Assembly: GCF_016127575.1 (NCBI RefSeq)
Contig: NZ_CP066019.1
Span: forward strand, 2,610,001-2,642,000
Source of the DNA: Cupriavidus necator
GTDB lineage: Bacteria > Pseudomonadota > Gammaproteobacteria > Burkholderiales > Burkholderiaceae
Length of the DNA stretch: 32,000 nt
Direction: 5' to 3'
The notes below the pieces were generated by a model, which was given only the letters and a program-made list of their open reading frames with translations, made no database searches and had not been told where the DNA came from. The position numbers were made by a program, and so were the translations under genes. Positions 8,051 through 16,633 of this stretch are shown here, one piece after another. Position 1 is the first letter of the stretch, and each line of letters starts with the position of its first letter.

Positions 8051-10057
8051 ATGGAAAACGGCCATTTTGAGCAAGGCCGCGCCCGCGACGCGCTGTCTTG
8101 CCTCGACGCCGGGTGCTCACGTGGCGAATGGATTCGCTTGGGCATGGCCGCGAAGGCGGCCGGCCTTTCCTTCGAGGACTTCCATTTGTGGAGTCAGAAC
8201 GCGCCGAACTACAAAGGCGAACGCGATTGCCTGACGGCGTGGAACTCCTTTGACGATGGCCCGATTACCGAGTCAACGCTCTTTCGCGCTGCCCGTGATG
8301 CCGGCTGGCAGGGTCTCTATAAGGCGCCTCGGAATGGCGTAGGCACCATCCACGCATTGATCCAACGCCCGAAGGAACAAGCCGAACCACAGGTCGCTCC
8401 GAAGGTGCGCATCGATCCTGTATCCGCTTTTGACGCCTACCCTTCCGCTCCGGCGGAGCATCCCTATATCGTCGCCAAGCGCGGCACGGCGGACGGTTTG
8501 CGCATTGTCCCCATAGAAAATCCGCTGGCAATCCGGGGGAGGTCCGTGGCTGGTTACCTAGCCGTCCCGGTACGCTCGCTCGACGGCGAACTGCGGACGG
8601 TCCAATACATCCCGCCTCCGGGCGCGGGCGAGAAGCTGAACGCGCCAGGCGCTTCCTTCGGTAGCGGCATGTTCGTCGTCGGCGAAGTCAGCGCCGATGG
8701 TCGCATTTACATCTGTGAGGGCATCGGCCACGCATGGGCTGTGGCGCGCGCAGACTATCAAGCAGCTGCCGTCGTCACGTTTGGTGCGGGCCGGTTTCGG
8801 GTCGTCGGACAAGCTCTGCGTGAGCGCTACCCCGATGCGCGCCTTGTATTCGTGGCAGACCGTGGCAAGGAAGCCGAGGCCGAAGGCATCGCCCGCGAAC
8901 TCTGTGGCTCGTGGGTGGTCGCGATGCCCGGCGACAAGCCGCCGAATTACGACGCGAATGACTACGAACTCGAGCACGGCACCGAGGCGCTGGAGAGCTT
9001 GCTGCAAGCCGCCAAGGCACCGCCCATGCACTACCAGTTGCAATCGGGGGCCGATCTGATGGACGTGCCCATGCCGCGCTGGCTAGTGCGGGGCGTCCTG
9101 CCTGCCGATGCCCTCGCCGCCTTGTTTGGCCCCTCTGGCTCCGGCAAATCCTTCATTGCCCTGGACCTGTGTGCCGCCATCGCAGATGGGGCGCCAGAAT
9201 GGTTCGGTCGCCGCGTTACTGGCGCGCCTGTCACGTATTGCGCTTTGGAAGGTGCGCGTGGGCTGCAAAAGCGGATACATGCATGGACTATTAGGCACCA
9301 TCGTCCGTTGCCGGCTCGCCTGAGATTTATCACGCAGGGCATCGACCTGCGTAACCAGGACGACATCGCGGACCTCGCTGCCGCCGTCGTTGCTAGTAGC
9401 GCAGGTGATGGCCTGTTGGTGCTTGATACGCTGAACCGTGCCGCTCCAGGCGCCGACGAGAACTCCAGCAGGGACATGGGTGACCTCATCGAAGGCGCAA
9501 AGGAGTTGCAGCGGCGGATTGGCGGCGTCGTTTTGCTGGTTCATCACACTGGAAAGGACGGCACGAAAGGTCTGAGGGGGCATAGCAGCCTATACGCCGC
9601 GCTGGACGTCGCCATCGAAGTATCGCGCACTGACAGCCGCCGTGAGTGGTCCATCGCCAAGAGCAAAGACGACGAGGATGGTGCTCGGGCTGCCTTCGTA
9701 CTGCGGGTGGTGGAACTCGGGAGTGATCCAGACGGCGATCCGGTTACATCCTGCATCGTCGAGCCAGATGGGGCAACCGCCGCCGACACGGTGCAGCGGT
9801 TGAAGCTACCGCAAGGCTCGAACCAGAAGATTGCCTATCAGGCTATCGGGGAGTTGTTGCGCCATGCAAAGGACTTCGACAAAGGCGGCGCGCCGAACGG
9901 TCGCCCCTGCATCCAGATCGACTCCGCATTTGCAGCCGTTGCTGCGCGAATGCCATGCGCCGAGGAAAGCCGCCGGTACGTCGCGCGGCGCGCGGTAACC
10001 GCAATGGTCGGCAATGGCATTTACCAAGTCCGGGAAGGCTGGTTATGGCACGCATGA
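8051..10057 (+). CDS. Bifunctional primase / replicative helicase-like ATPase (PriCT-2 + Toprim + RepA/AAA_25-type P-loop)
   Basis: The N-terminal PriCT-2-like block is RGEWIRLGMAAKAAGLSFEDFHLWSQ...WNSF. The Toprim-like part is ICEGIGHA...VFVADRGKE. Walker A is GPSGSGKSF and Walker B is LLVLDTLNRA, followed by LLVHHTGKDG. Confidence 0.85.
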   Translation: MENGHFEQGRARDALSCLDAGCSRGEWIRLGMAAKAAGLSFEDFHLWSQNAPNYKGERDCLTAWNSFDDGPITESTLFRAARDAGWQGLYKAPRNGVGTIHALIQRPKEQAEPQVAPKVRIDPVSAFDAYPSAPAEHPYIVAKRGTADGLRIVPIENPLAIRGRSVAGYLAVPVRSLDGELRTVQYIPPPGAGEKLNAPGASFGSGMFVVGEVSADGRIYICEGIGHAWAVARADYQAAAVVTFGAGRFRVVGQALRERYPDARLVFVADRGKEAEAEGIARELCGSWVVAMPGDKPPNYDANDYELEHGTEALESLLQAAKAPPMHYQLQSGADLMDVPMPRWLVRGVLPADALAALFGPSGSGKSFIALDLCAAIADGAPEWFGRRVTGAPVTYCALEGARGLQKRIHAWTIRHHRPLPARLRFITQGIDLRNQDDIADLAAAVVASSAGDGLLVLDTLNRAAPGADENSSRDMGDLIEGAKELQRRIGGVVLLVHHTGKDGTKGLRGHSSLYAALDVAIEVSRTDSRREWSIAKSKDDEDGARAAFVLRVVELGSDPDGDPVTSCIVEPDGATAADTVQRLKLPQGSNQKIAYQAIGELLRHAKDFDKGGAPNGRPCIQIDSAFAAVAARMPCAEESRRYVARRAVTAMVGNGIYQVREGWLWHA

Positions 10058-10063
10058 AAAACA

Positions 10064-10152
10064 CCAACAAATTCCAACAAACGCCAAAATTGTTCGGTTC
10101 TGTTCCCTAACAGATTCCAACACACCCCTTTAGGGGTGTTGGAATTGTTGGG
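10064..10152. repeat. ATTCCAACA iteron-like repeats and hairpin downstream of the primase gene (candidate origin or terminator)
   Basis: ATTCCAACA occurs at 10071-10079 and 10114-10122, with an inverted copy TGTTGGAAT at 10137-10145. Copies 2 and 3 form a bulged hairpin around CCCCTTTAGGGG. Flanking half-sites are CCAACAA and TTGTTGG. Confidence 0.4.
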
Positions 10153-10195
10153 CAAATCCGCGCCGTGGGCGCACCTTCGATGAGAGGTGAAAGAG

Positions 10196-10474
10196 ATGAC
10201 AACGTTAATTCAACCCCCGATCTGGAATAGCCCCACCGACGCGGTGGCCGGCCTCGCACCGTTCCTGAATAGCGAGAACGCCGTTGACCATGTTCTCGTG
10301 AAAGTCGACGACCAGAACGTCGCTCACTTCGACAACGGGCCGCTCTATAGGGAAGCCCGCTACGTCTATGGCTACACCGGCACCCATCCCGCCGGCCCCA
10401 TGGCCGCCTGCTGGTACGACTCCCGTACGGGCTTGCGGTTGCACAACGTTTCTGCGTGGACGCTTGCAGAGTAG
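10196..10474 (+). CDS. Hypothetical protein (island)
   Basis: ATG at 10196 lies 6 nt after GAGGTG. The track ORF begins at an in-frame GTG at 10187. No motif recognised. Confidence 0.5.
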   Translation: MTTLIQPPIWNSPTDAVAGLAPFLNSENAVDHVLVKVDDQNVAHFDNGPLYREARYVYGYTGTHPAGPMAACWYDSRTGLRLHNVSAWTLAE

Positions 10475-10500
10475 TAAAACGGCACCATTGGAGAACCACC

Positions 10501-11541
10501 ATGACGCTATTCAGCTTTCTCGACAGAGCCCATCTCACTAAGGGTGACGAAAAAAAACTGCGCGACATTCTGAATTCGGCTGAGGCCGAGGAAATCCTTG
10601 CTCGCGTCGAACAGACCACCATCGATATGCGCAAAGCCCTCCGTCAGCGCCTCGACAGCCTGGACGCACGGCACGACAAAGGTATCGCTACCGCCAGCGC
10701 CACCCATCTGAAAGCGATCCTTGCTCGCGAAGCCGCAGAGGTGCAGCTCGCAGCGGCGCGGGCCGAGGAAAGCCTCACCAGTGCTGCTAGCTACGCGGTT
10801 GAGGAGATTAAGGCCACAGAAGCCAAGGAACTGAGGCAAGCGCTGATCGATTCGCGCGACGACCGGCTTGACGACTACTACCGGGAGCTGGATAGCGCCT
10901 TGGGCCAGTCAAGGCATCTCACTCGCATCACCTCGTTTCGCCATGGCTCTTGGCTGGGGGACCGGATGACAAGGTACGAGTCCAACGCCGAGCAAGTGAC
11001 GATGCTCCGGAGGCTACTTATGGATGCACTAGAGGACGTGAAGAGCATGACCTTGGAACCGCTGAGCCGCAATGAGGTGTCCGAGCGGCTTACAGCGTGG
11101 AGCCACAAGCTGGAGTCGCAGCTCAATGCATTCTCGCTGGCAACACCCCGGCTCGATGAGAACGGCGCTGTGGCATCGAGCCGCGTGCCACTGAAGTTCG
11201 TCGAAGTGCTCCAGGCCAATGGCGTAGCGGAGCCGGGCGACGTCCCGCCGCAAAAGCCGCCGGCGGCGCAACCGCGCCCTACTGCCTCGTCTGTGTCCGA
11301 GTCCGCGCATGCGGCATTGCCTCAACTGGCTGGCCCGAGGCGCTCCGATTGCGCAAAGCCGAAGTGCCTCGCCGTCGCGTCGTACGTCAATCCGAAGCTT
11401 ACGGCAGCAGATCGTGCACGGGCTAGGGAGTTGGGCTGGTTGCGGGAGCGCCACAAGGCGGCTCAAGCGTCTAAATCCGAGATGGCTCAACTTGTGGATA
11501 TGAACGGCGCGCTGATTGATCACCGTATGCCGATCAAGTAG
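10501..11541 (+). CDS. Hypothetical coiled-coil protein (island)
   Basis: ATG at 10501 follows GGAGAA. The N-terminal two thirds is helical and charged, followed by a Pro/Ala-rich linker and a basic C-terminus. The track ORF start at 10456 overlaps the preceding gene. Confidence 0.6.
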   Translation: MTLFSFLDRAHLTKGDEKKLRDILNSAEAEEILARVEQTTIDMRKALRQRLDSLDARHDKGIATASATHLKAILAREAAEVQLAAARAEESLTSAASYAVEEIKATEAKELRQALIDSRDDRLDDYYRELDSALGQSRHLTRITSFRHGSWLGDRMTRYESNAEQVTMLRRLLMDALEDVKSMTLEPLSRNEVSERLTAWSHKLESQLNAFSLATPRLDENGAVASSRVPLKFVEVLQANGVAEPGDVPPQKPPAAQPRPTASSVSESAHAALPQLAGPRRSDCAKPKCLAVASYVNPKLTAADRARARELGWLRERHKAAQASKSEMAQLVDMNGALIDHRMPIK

Positions 11542-11545
11542 AGGA

Positions 11546-11583
11546 AAGGGCTGCTCCGGTTTCGGGGCAGCCCCTTGCTTGTT
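11546..11583 (+). terminator. Bulged GC-rich hairpin after the 10501-11541 gene
   Basis: AAGGGCTGC...GCAGCC(C)CTT followed by GCTTGTT. It lies between convergent genes. Confidence 0.45.
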
Positions 11584-11708
11584 ACAAACCGCACAGGTCC
11601 TCCGCTCCAGAGTACTCCTGCGGTTCACTAATCTGTTGAGCCCACGGGCGAATGTGCTCTTCTTCATCGAAGATTGGCGGTGCCTTCAATTAGAGCAAGA
11701 CTGACGGC

Positions 11709-12971
11709 CTAGTCCCAGTCTTGGTCGGCCTCCTGCCCATCAGCATTGCTTATCCATAGTTCGCCATCGTCATAGGCGCTAACACTTAGCTCGCGATGTC
11801 TATAGCGGATCGCGGTCGTCGATACCAGTCTAATGCTTCCGTCCACATACTTGAGCCGGAACGCATCTTCAGGCTTGTCGGTAAGTAGCCCCTTGTCGGC
11901 GAACAAAACGATGTTTATTCCGCCGGCTCTCTGTACCGAAGAGAAGAGGATTCCATCGAATGGCTTCTCATGGACATGGGCAAGGTATTCAGCCATCGTT
12001 TGAGTAATGAGGTAATCTGACTCCCGGCCTGGAACGATTGGCTGAGATATTAGGCTGTGGAGTCGGCGCAGGAATTCGCGACGTTCAAGCTGGTCGGTGA
12101 AATCCGTTTGAAAGTAGCTCAGTGCCTTCCCGCTGCGTGCGTCGTCCAGACGGGTGAAGTCCAGAACGCGTAGCGCATGCGTGGTCTGCATGGTAATGAT
12201 TGCGACCTCGCTTCCGAGCGCCGGCCGCATCTCCGCCAGACATGTTTCTGAATCTCTCGCCCCATATAAAACTACGACGCCCTCCGCATTCATGCGGCCA
12301 GCTCTAGCGTTCTCGGCTGGAGGCGGCCCTACATGCTTTATCGGATCGGCGTAGATTTCTTTGAGAAGCGATCGCGAGCTACACAAGCGGGCTCGAAAGA
12401 TCTTCGTCCCCTTTGGCAGGACGCGAACGACAGGGTGGAGTCGAGTGCCTTTTCTGGCGCGCAATTCATCGATTCCTTGAAACAGCTTCTCGAATAGTGC
12501 GCGCGCGGACGGGCTGAAGAACCGACGCCCATGCTTCAGTTCATTCAGTGTGTAACTCCACTCCTCAAAGTAGCGACCAGTGCGAATTCGTGTGGGCACG
12601 TAGTTACTTGTTTCATCCCAGTAGGCCTCTCCACCATCGCCCGGCCAGTAGTCATCTGCGTCGACAATTGCAGAGACAATCTCGTCTTCGAAGTCAAAGT
12701 ACTGGCCTAGCACGTCCTGGACGAAATACGAAAGTGAGTCGCCCTCTTGTTCCCACCACTCCGAATCGTTGTCCCCGAACCTCTTCACCGTTTGGCCAAG
12801 GCCGAAGTGCTCGCGCATGATCGGCTCCATGATTTGGCCAAGGCGTCGGATTGTGATTGCCTCGCGCTCCAACTCGTCGCAAACCGAGCATTCAATCTTC
12901 TCCCCCTCCGCCTTGATGATCTCGCTTAGGTGGAGATCTTTGACGCAGCCGTAGCAGACTGCTCGTTCCAT
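11709..12971 (-). CDS. RES-domain protein (NAD+-targeting toxin family) with extended N-terminal CxxC...CxxC domain
   Basis: RBS GAGGAG. The RES signature is FRAR, GRMNAEGVVVLYGARDSETCLAEMR (Arg and Glu) and DGILFSSVQ (Ser). The N-terminus carries CYGC (aa 6-9) and CSVC (aa 28-31). Confidence 0.8.
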   Translation of the reverse strand: MERAVCYGCVKDLHLSEIIKAEGEKIECSVCDELEREAITIRRLGQIMEPIMREHFGLGQTVKRFGDNDSEWWEQEGDSLSYFVQDVLGQYFDFEDEIVSAIVDADDYWPGDGGEAYWDETSNYVPTRIRTGRYFEEWSYTLNELKHGRRFFSPSARALFEKLFQGIDELRARKGTRLHPVVRVLPKGTKIFRARLCSSRSLLKEIYADPIKHVGPPPAENARAGRMNAEGVVVLYGARDSETCLAEMRPALGSEVAIITMQTTHALRVLDFTRLDDARSGKALSYFQTDFTDQLERREFLRRLHSLISQPIVPGRESDYLITQTMAEYLAHVHEKPFDGILFSSVQRAGGINIVLFADKGLLTDKPEDAFRLKYVDGSIRLVSTTAIRYRHRELSVSAYDDGELWISNADGQEADQDWD

Positions 12972-13254
12972 AAATGGCGCTCCTCACGTAGATTGCTCGA
13001 GTAATTTTACCGCTGCGGCATGTCCCTCGGTGCTTCGGCGTCTCCATCATTAAAGCGTCGCAGCTTAAATCGTCAGGTCATGGTCAGCCGGCTCGGTGTT
13101 CCATGGAGGTAAGCACGGCTCTCTTCGACTGCGAAGGGCAGCCTAGAATCGTTCGGTGTTCTGGCAGAGGTAGTGGATTAGGCCATTTGGTCGGCTTGAT
13201 GCGCAGGCGGCGCAGGCTCGATAATCCGGGAAGTCGAGATCCAGGGAGTCGATA

Positions 13255-13917
13255 ATGCGACGTCTCGTTTGGCTGTTGCTGTTCGTGATGGCTTCTGCGA
13301 TGGCCGTCGAGTCTGCGCCAGAGCTGAGGTCCGCCGTTGAACAAGGGGCGCAAGGTTCCAGGGTTGGAAAGTTCTTTTGGATACGGCCAACACGGGATGG
13401 AAAGTCAGAGGTTCCGATCTATGAAACCGTGGAAGGCAGTTATGATGCGGTTTATGTGACAAGAGTGACGCGATTCAAGGTCGTAGGGTATGACCCCGCA
13501 GGAGCTGGGTGGTACCAGCTCAAGTTCGACGACGGCAAATCGGGCATCATCCCGTGGCGGGTATTCGAGGACTTTTTTGGATACTGGGGCTACGCCCAAA
13601 TCCTCGAGGAGGATCCTGCTGCCATCCAGGCTAGAGAAGATGCTGAGAAACGGGCTGAGCAGTTGGCCACTCAACGGGCGGCGAAGCGTGAACGCGACGC
13701 CGAGCGTCGCCGTATCACGGCAGCCAAGCAGCAGGCGGCGAAACCTGGCGTCAGGATCGGGATGACGAGTCAGCAAGTGCTCGAGGACACCCATTGGGGA
13801 AAGCCGCAGTATGTCAATAAGACCCAAAACGCCTATGGAATAACTGAGCAATGGGTCTATCGGACTGGGAATTACCTCTATTTCAGAAATGGTGTATTGG
13901 AAACGATCCAGTATTGA
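13255..13917 (+). CDS. Secreted hypothetical protein with BamE/SmpA-OmlA-like C-terminal domain
   Basis: RBS GGGAG. The signal peptide is MRRLVWLLLFVMASAMA. A charged coiled segment follows. The C-terminus GMTSQQVLEDTHWGKP...EQWVYRTGNYLYFRNGVLETIQY fits the BamE/DUF2845-type pattern. Confidence 0.65.
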   Translation: MRRLVWLLLFVMASAMAVESAPELRSAVEQGAQGSRVGKFFWIRPTRDGKSEVPIYETVEGSYDAVYVTRVTRFKVVGYDPAGAGWYQLKFDDGKSGIIPWRVFEDFFGYWGYAQILEEDPAAIQAREDAEKRAEQLATQRAAKRERDAERRRITAAKQQAAKPGVRIGMTSQQVLEDTHWGKPQYVNKTQNAYGITEQWVYRTGNYLYFRNGVLETIQY

Positions 13918-14040
13918 GCCGCCGCCTTGAGAATTTTGATAGAGATTGCGCCGGTTATCTTTAACGCGCGCTGGTGATGGCTTTATTCAGCGCGCGACAT
14001 CTACCGCCACTTGCCTTTGCTAGTCACTTAATATGGTAAC

Positions 14041-14061
14041 GGCCCGGCCATTCGCCGGGCC
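14041..14061. terminator. Hairpin between convergent genes
   Basis: GGCCCGGC-cattc-GCCGGGCC. Confidence 0.55.
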
Positions 14062-14076
14062 CTGAACCACTGGGCT

Positions 14077-14577
14077 TTACTCTATTTCCACGATACGTGC
14101 CTCCGGAACCATATATTCAACCATCCTCCTGTTGGACCACACATCGGGATTCGTCGAAATCTGTATATAGCCGGAGGTCCTCACCACCTGTGGCACCTCG
14201 GATCGACGGATGAGCCAGTACACCCAAGGCGAGTCGTCAAGATACTGGGCGGAGAAGCGGTCATCTTTCTGGGCAGTCAGCACAAGCCAATCACACTCGG
14301 TGTGAGCGTTGCTGAACGACCAACGCTTATCCGTCGGGTTCGCGCTCTTGACCTGCAATGTCTTACCCGTTCTCGTGAGTACATCGTGCGCATCTGCGTA
14401 ACCTGGAGAAACTGTTCCGCCAACTAGTTCGGCCACGCGAAATTCAGCGAGTTTGCCGTGATGCAGTTCCTTCAACAGGCGAATCGTTTCGCACTGTTGC
14501 CGATAGAAGCCCAAGGGAATAGAAATATACGAGACCGGCTTTCCGTCTTCGATTTGACGGGTGATTCGATGCGGCAT
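14077..14577 (-). CDS. Small PD-(D/E)xK-like (restriction-endonuclease-fold) protein, hypothetical
   Basis: The internal ATG at 14577 is preceded by AAAGGAG; the 251-aa track ORF extension does not look coding. The candidate nuclease motif is E45/E50 ... GYADAHD(65)-x9-Q(75)VK(77). Confidence 0.5.
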   Translation of the reverse strand: MPHRITRQIEDGKPVSYISIPLGFYRQQCETIRLLKELHHGKLAEFRVAELVGGTVSPGYADAHDVLTRTGKTLQVKSANPTDKRWSFSNAHTECDWLVLTAQKDDRFSAQYLDDSPWVYWLIRRSEVPQVVRTSGYIQISTNPDVWSNRRMVEYMVPEARIVEIE

Positions 14578-15525
14578 TTCGAATGCTCCTTTCGCTGTGG
14601 TTGAGATAAAGCAGCACGCAAGGAGCGAAGTCGGCACCCGGGACTCGAGGGAACGTCGCGCACATTGCGTGCGGCCGCTAATCAGTGTGATTAGCAACTT
14701 TTGACTAGCCCCTCTGGGCCCCGATATCGCGAGGACATCATGCCAAGTCTCGAATTTAGCGCCGTTGCACTGCTTTGTCGAGTCGACCACCTTCATCGGG
14801 GAGAAGATCAAGGCGCACGCCGGACAAGACACTGCTGAGCGCGGCTATAGCGGCGGAAGATGCAAGGCTCGTGCAGCGTGATCTATGACTGAAATCACCA
14901 CTTATCGTCGACGGGGATCTGGATCACCGACTCACGGCCGGTCGCGGCGCCACTTCGGCAAGCCGGCATGCCCAACGGTCTGCGGGCTGCGAAAAAGATG
15001 GAATGTAGCGCTGGCTTTCGTCGGCGCAATTTTGCGTTGACGCTCGTTTGGACGTGCCCGGCCCTAATGGCGCGAAGCGGAAAGAGCCCCGTGTATCGGG
15101 ATGACGAAGACGGGTTAATTGTCCTCGCCATCTCTATACGACGGCGGCTTTTGCGGTCGGGTGCTGGCCCCCGCTAGATCGAGCGCAGAGCGCATGCACA
15201 GCTGCAAGCGACGTGGCCTAGCCCGCACGGGTGGGGAGGGGGTATCGATCTCTGCATGTTGCGGCGCGGTGATCGCGCGTGAGCTGCGATTTTTACGGAC
15301 GCGATTTTGACACCGGGGGGGGCGGAATCGCCACTTCCGAGCGCTCTCGCATCTTGTGCACTTCGGCCTAGGCGTTATCTGAGCGTGTGCAGCGGCATTG
15401 AGGCCTGCGTCGGTGGCGTGGTCCGACGCTGCAGTGGCAGCCAATCGCTTTCAGTGAGATCCAACCGTTCACATGCGCCTTGCCGCCTTCGGGCTGGGCT
15501 CACCTACGCACTGAAGGCGAACCGT

Positions 15526-16188
15526 CTATTCCACTGTGCCTAATCTGGAAGCCGCTGCGCAGTAAACAATTGCGGCACGCTGGCAATCCCCCAAGGCCCG
15601 GTGCATATCGGAAGTGTCCAAGTTCCCATCTTTTGCAATCTCAGCCAATCGGTAGCTTTTCCGGTCGGGCCATGCACGCCGTGACATTTTTAGTGCACAC
15701 GAAACTGGATTTGCAAATGTTATCGAACTCTTTCCGGCGGCCTTGGAAATAAAGGCCATATCAAATTCGGCATTGAACGATACGAGTCGCAAGTTGCCCG
15801 CGAATTTGGCAAAGTCTTGAACTGCAGACTCTAGGGAGACTCCCTCTGCCTCAATCATTTCAGGTGTTATACCGGTAAGTTCCGTAATTTTTTTCGGTAC
15901 TTTCCTTGATGGCTTTACCAAAACCTGAAATGTATCGTGATTGTTTGAGTTTCGATTCACTCGGATTGCACCTATTTCTAGGATTTCATGTCGCTCCGAG
16001 TCAAGTCCAGTTGTTTCAATATCGAACACAACAAATCGCTCCGGAAGGTGTGCCAGTGGATTGCTAGCTACCAGTCGAGAAGAAGTGCTGAAAGAAGTTG
16101 AAGGAACTGGATCGCTGCTGTCCTTCGTTAACTTATAAATGAGGACGGCAATTAACCCTATAAGCCCAAGGAAAATAATCAATTCCAT
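15526..16188 (-). CDS. DnaQ-like DEDDh 3'-5' exonuclease with N-terminal transmembrane anchor
   Basis: RBS AAAGGAAG. The TM helix is ELIIFLGLIGLIAVLIY (aa 2-18). ExoI is FVVFDIETTG (D56, E58), ExoII is SFNAEFD (D143) and ExoIII is HRALGD (H196, D201). Confidence 0.85.
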   Translation of the reverse strand: MELIIFLGLIGLIAVLIYKLTKDSSDPVPSTSFSTSSRLVASNPLAHLPERFVVFDIETTGLDSERHEILEIGAIRVNRNSNNHDTFQVLVKPSRKVPKKITELTGITPEMIEAEGVSLESAVQDFAKFAGNLRLVSFNAEFDMAFISKAAGKSSITFANPVSCALKMSRRAWPDRKSYRLAEIAKDGNLDTSDMHRALGDCQRAAIVYCAAASRLGTVE

Positions 16189-16330
16189 AACGCTTCCTTT
16201 CTTGAACCTAAGCGTTCGGGAGTCCGGCTCCCATGCCTAGTAGATCCGTCTTAACCTACCAGTTTTCCGGGCGGCAACCCATACCCCACTAAAGAGGGGA
16301 CATAACGTTCTTGCTCCGTCCACCCGAGCC

Positions 16331-16534
16331 CTACCCCCTTGGAACGCATGCCATGATCTTGTCGTAGTCCTGCAGGCTGATGGGCGGCGTTTTCGCTCCA
16401 AATGCCGCTGCCGCTGACGCTGCGGCAGAGTTACCCTCACGCGCCATGCTAGCTACCGTTGCCTTCGCCTTGTTACAAGCATCTAGGCTCGCATATTCAC
16501 CTAGGTACACGGGATTGAAGATGACCCATAGCAA
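16331..16534 (-). CDS. Small hypothetical protein (uncertain)
   Basis: The ORF has only a TTG start. The in-frame upstream sequence encodes a signal-like IKNKKSKCSYILLWVIF stretch with no canonical start codon. It lies between two same-strand genes. Confidence 0.3.
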   Translation of the reverse strand: MLWVIFNPVYLGEYASLDACNKAKATVASMAREGNSAAASAAAAFGAKTPPISLQDYDKIMACVPRG

Positions 16535-16633
16535 GATGTAGGAACATTTTGACTTTTTGTTTTTGATTAACGTCGGACGTCTATCGGCTCGGCGCGAATT
16601 CGACTAGCGCGTTTTCCTAACCACTAATAGCGT

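Noticed and set aside
14578-14832. N-terminal 85-aa extension of the 251-aa track ORF
   Set aside because: The extension is Cys/Ser/Arg-rich and not protein-like. A strong AAAGGAG RBS sits in front of the internal ATG at 14577, so the shorter CDS is preferred.
14886-15177. Possible decayed RHH-antitoxin / ParE-RelE-like toxin pair on the + strand (PLIVDGDLDHRL...; ...SPVYRDDEDGLIVLAIS...) with an overlapping stop/start arrangement
   Set aside because: The resemblance is limited to a few residues. The antitoxin-like frame has no canonical start and only about 39 codons. This cannot be supported without a database search, so it is kept only as one explanation for the spacer.
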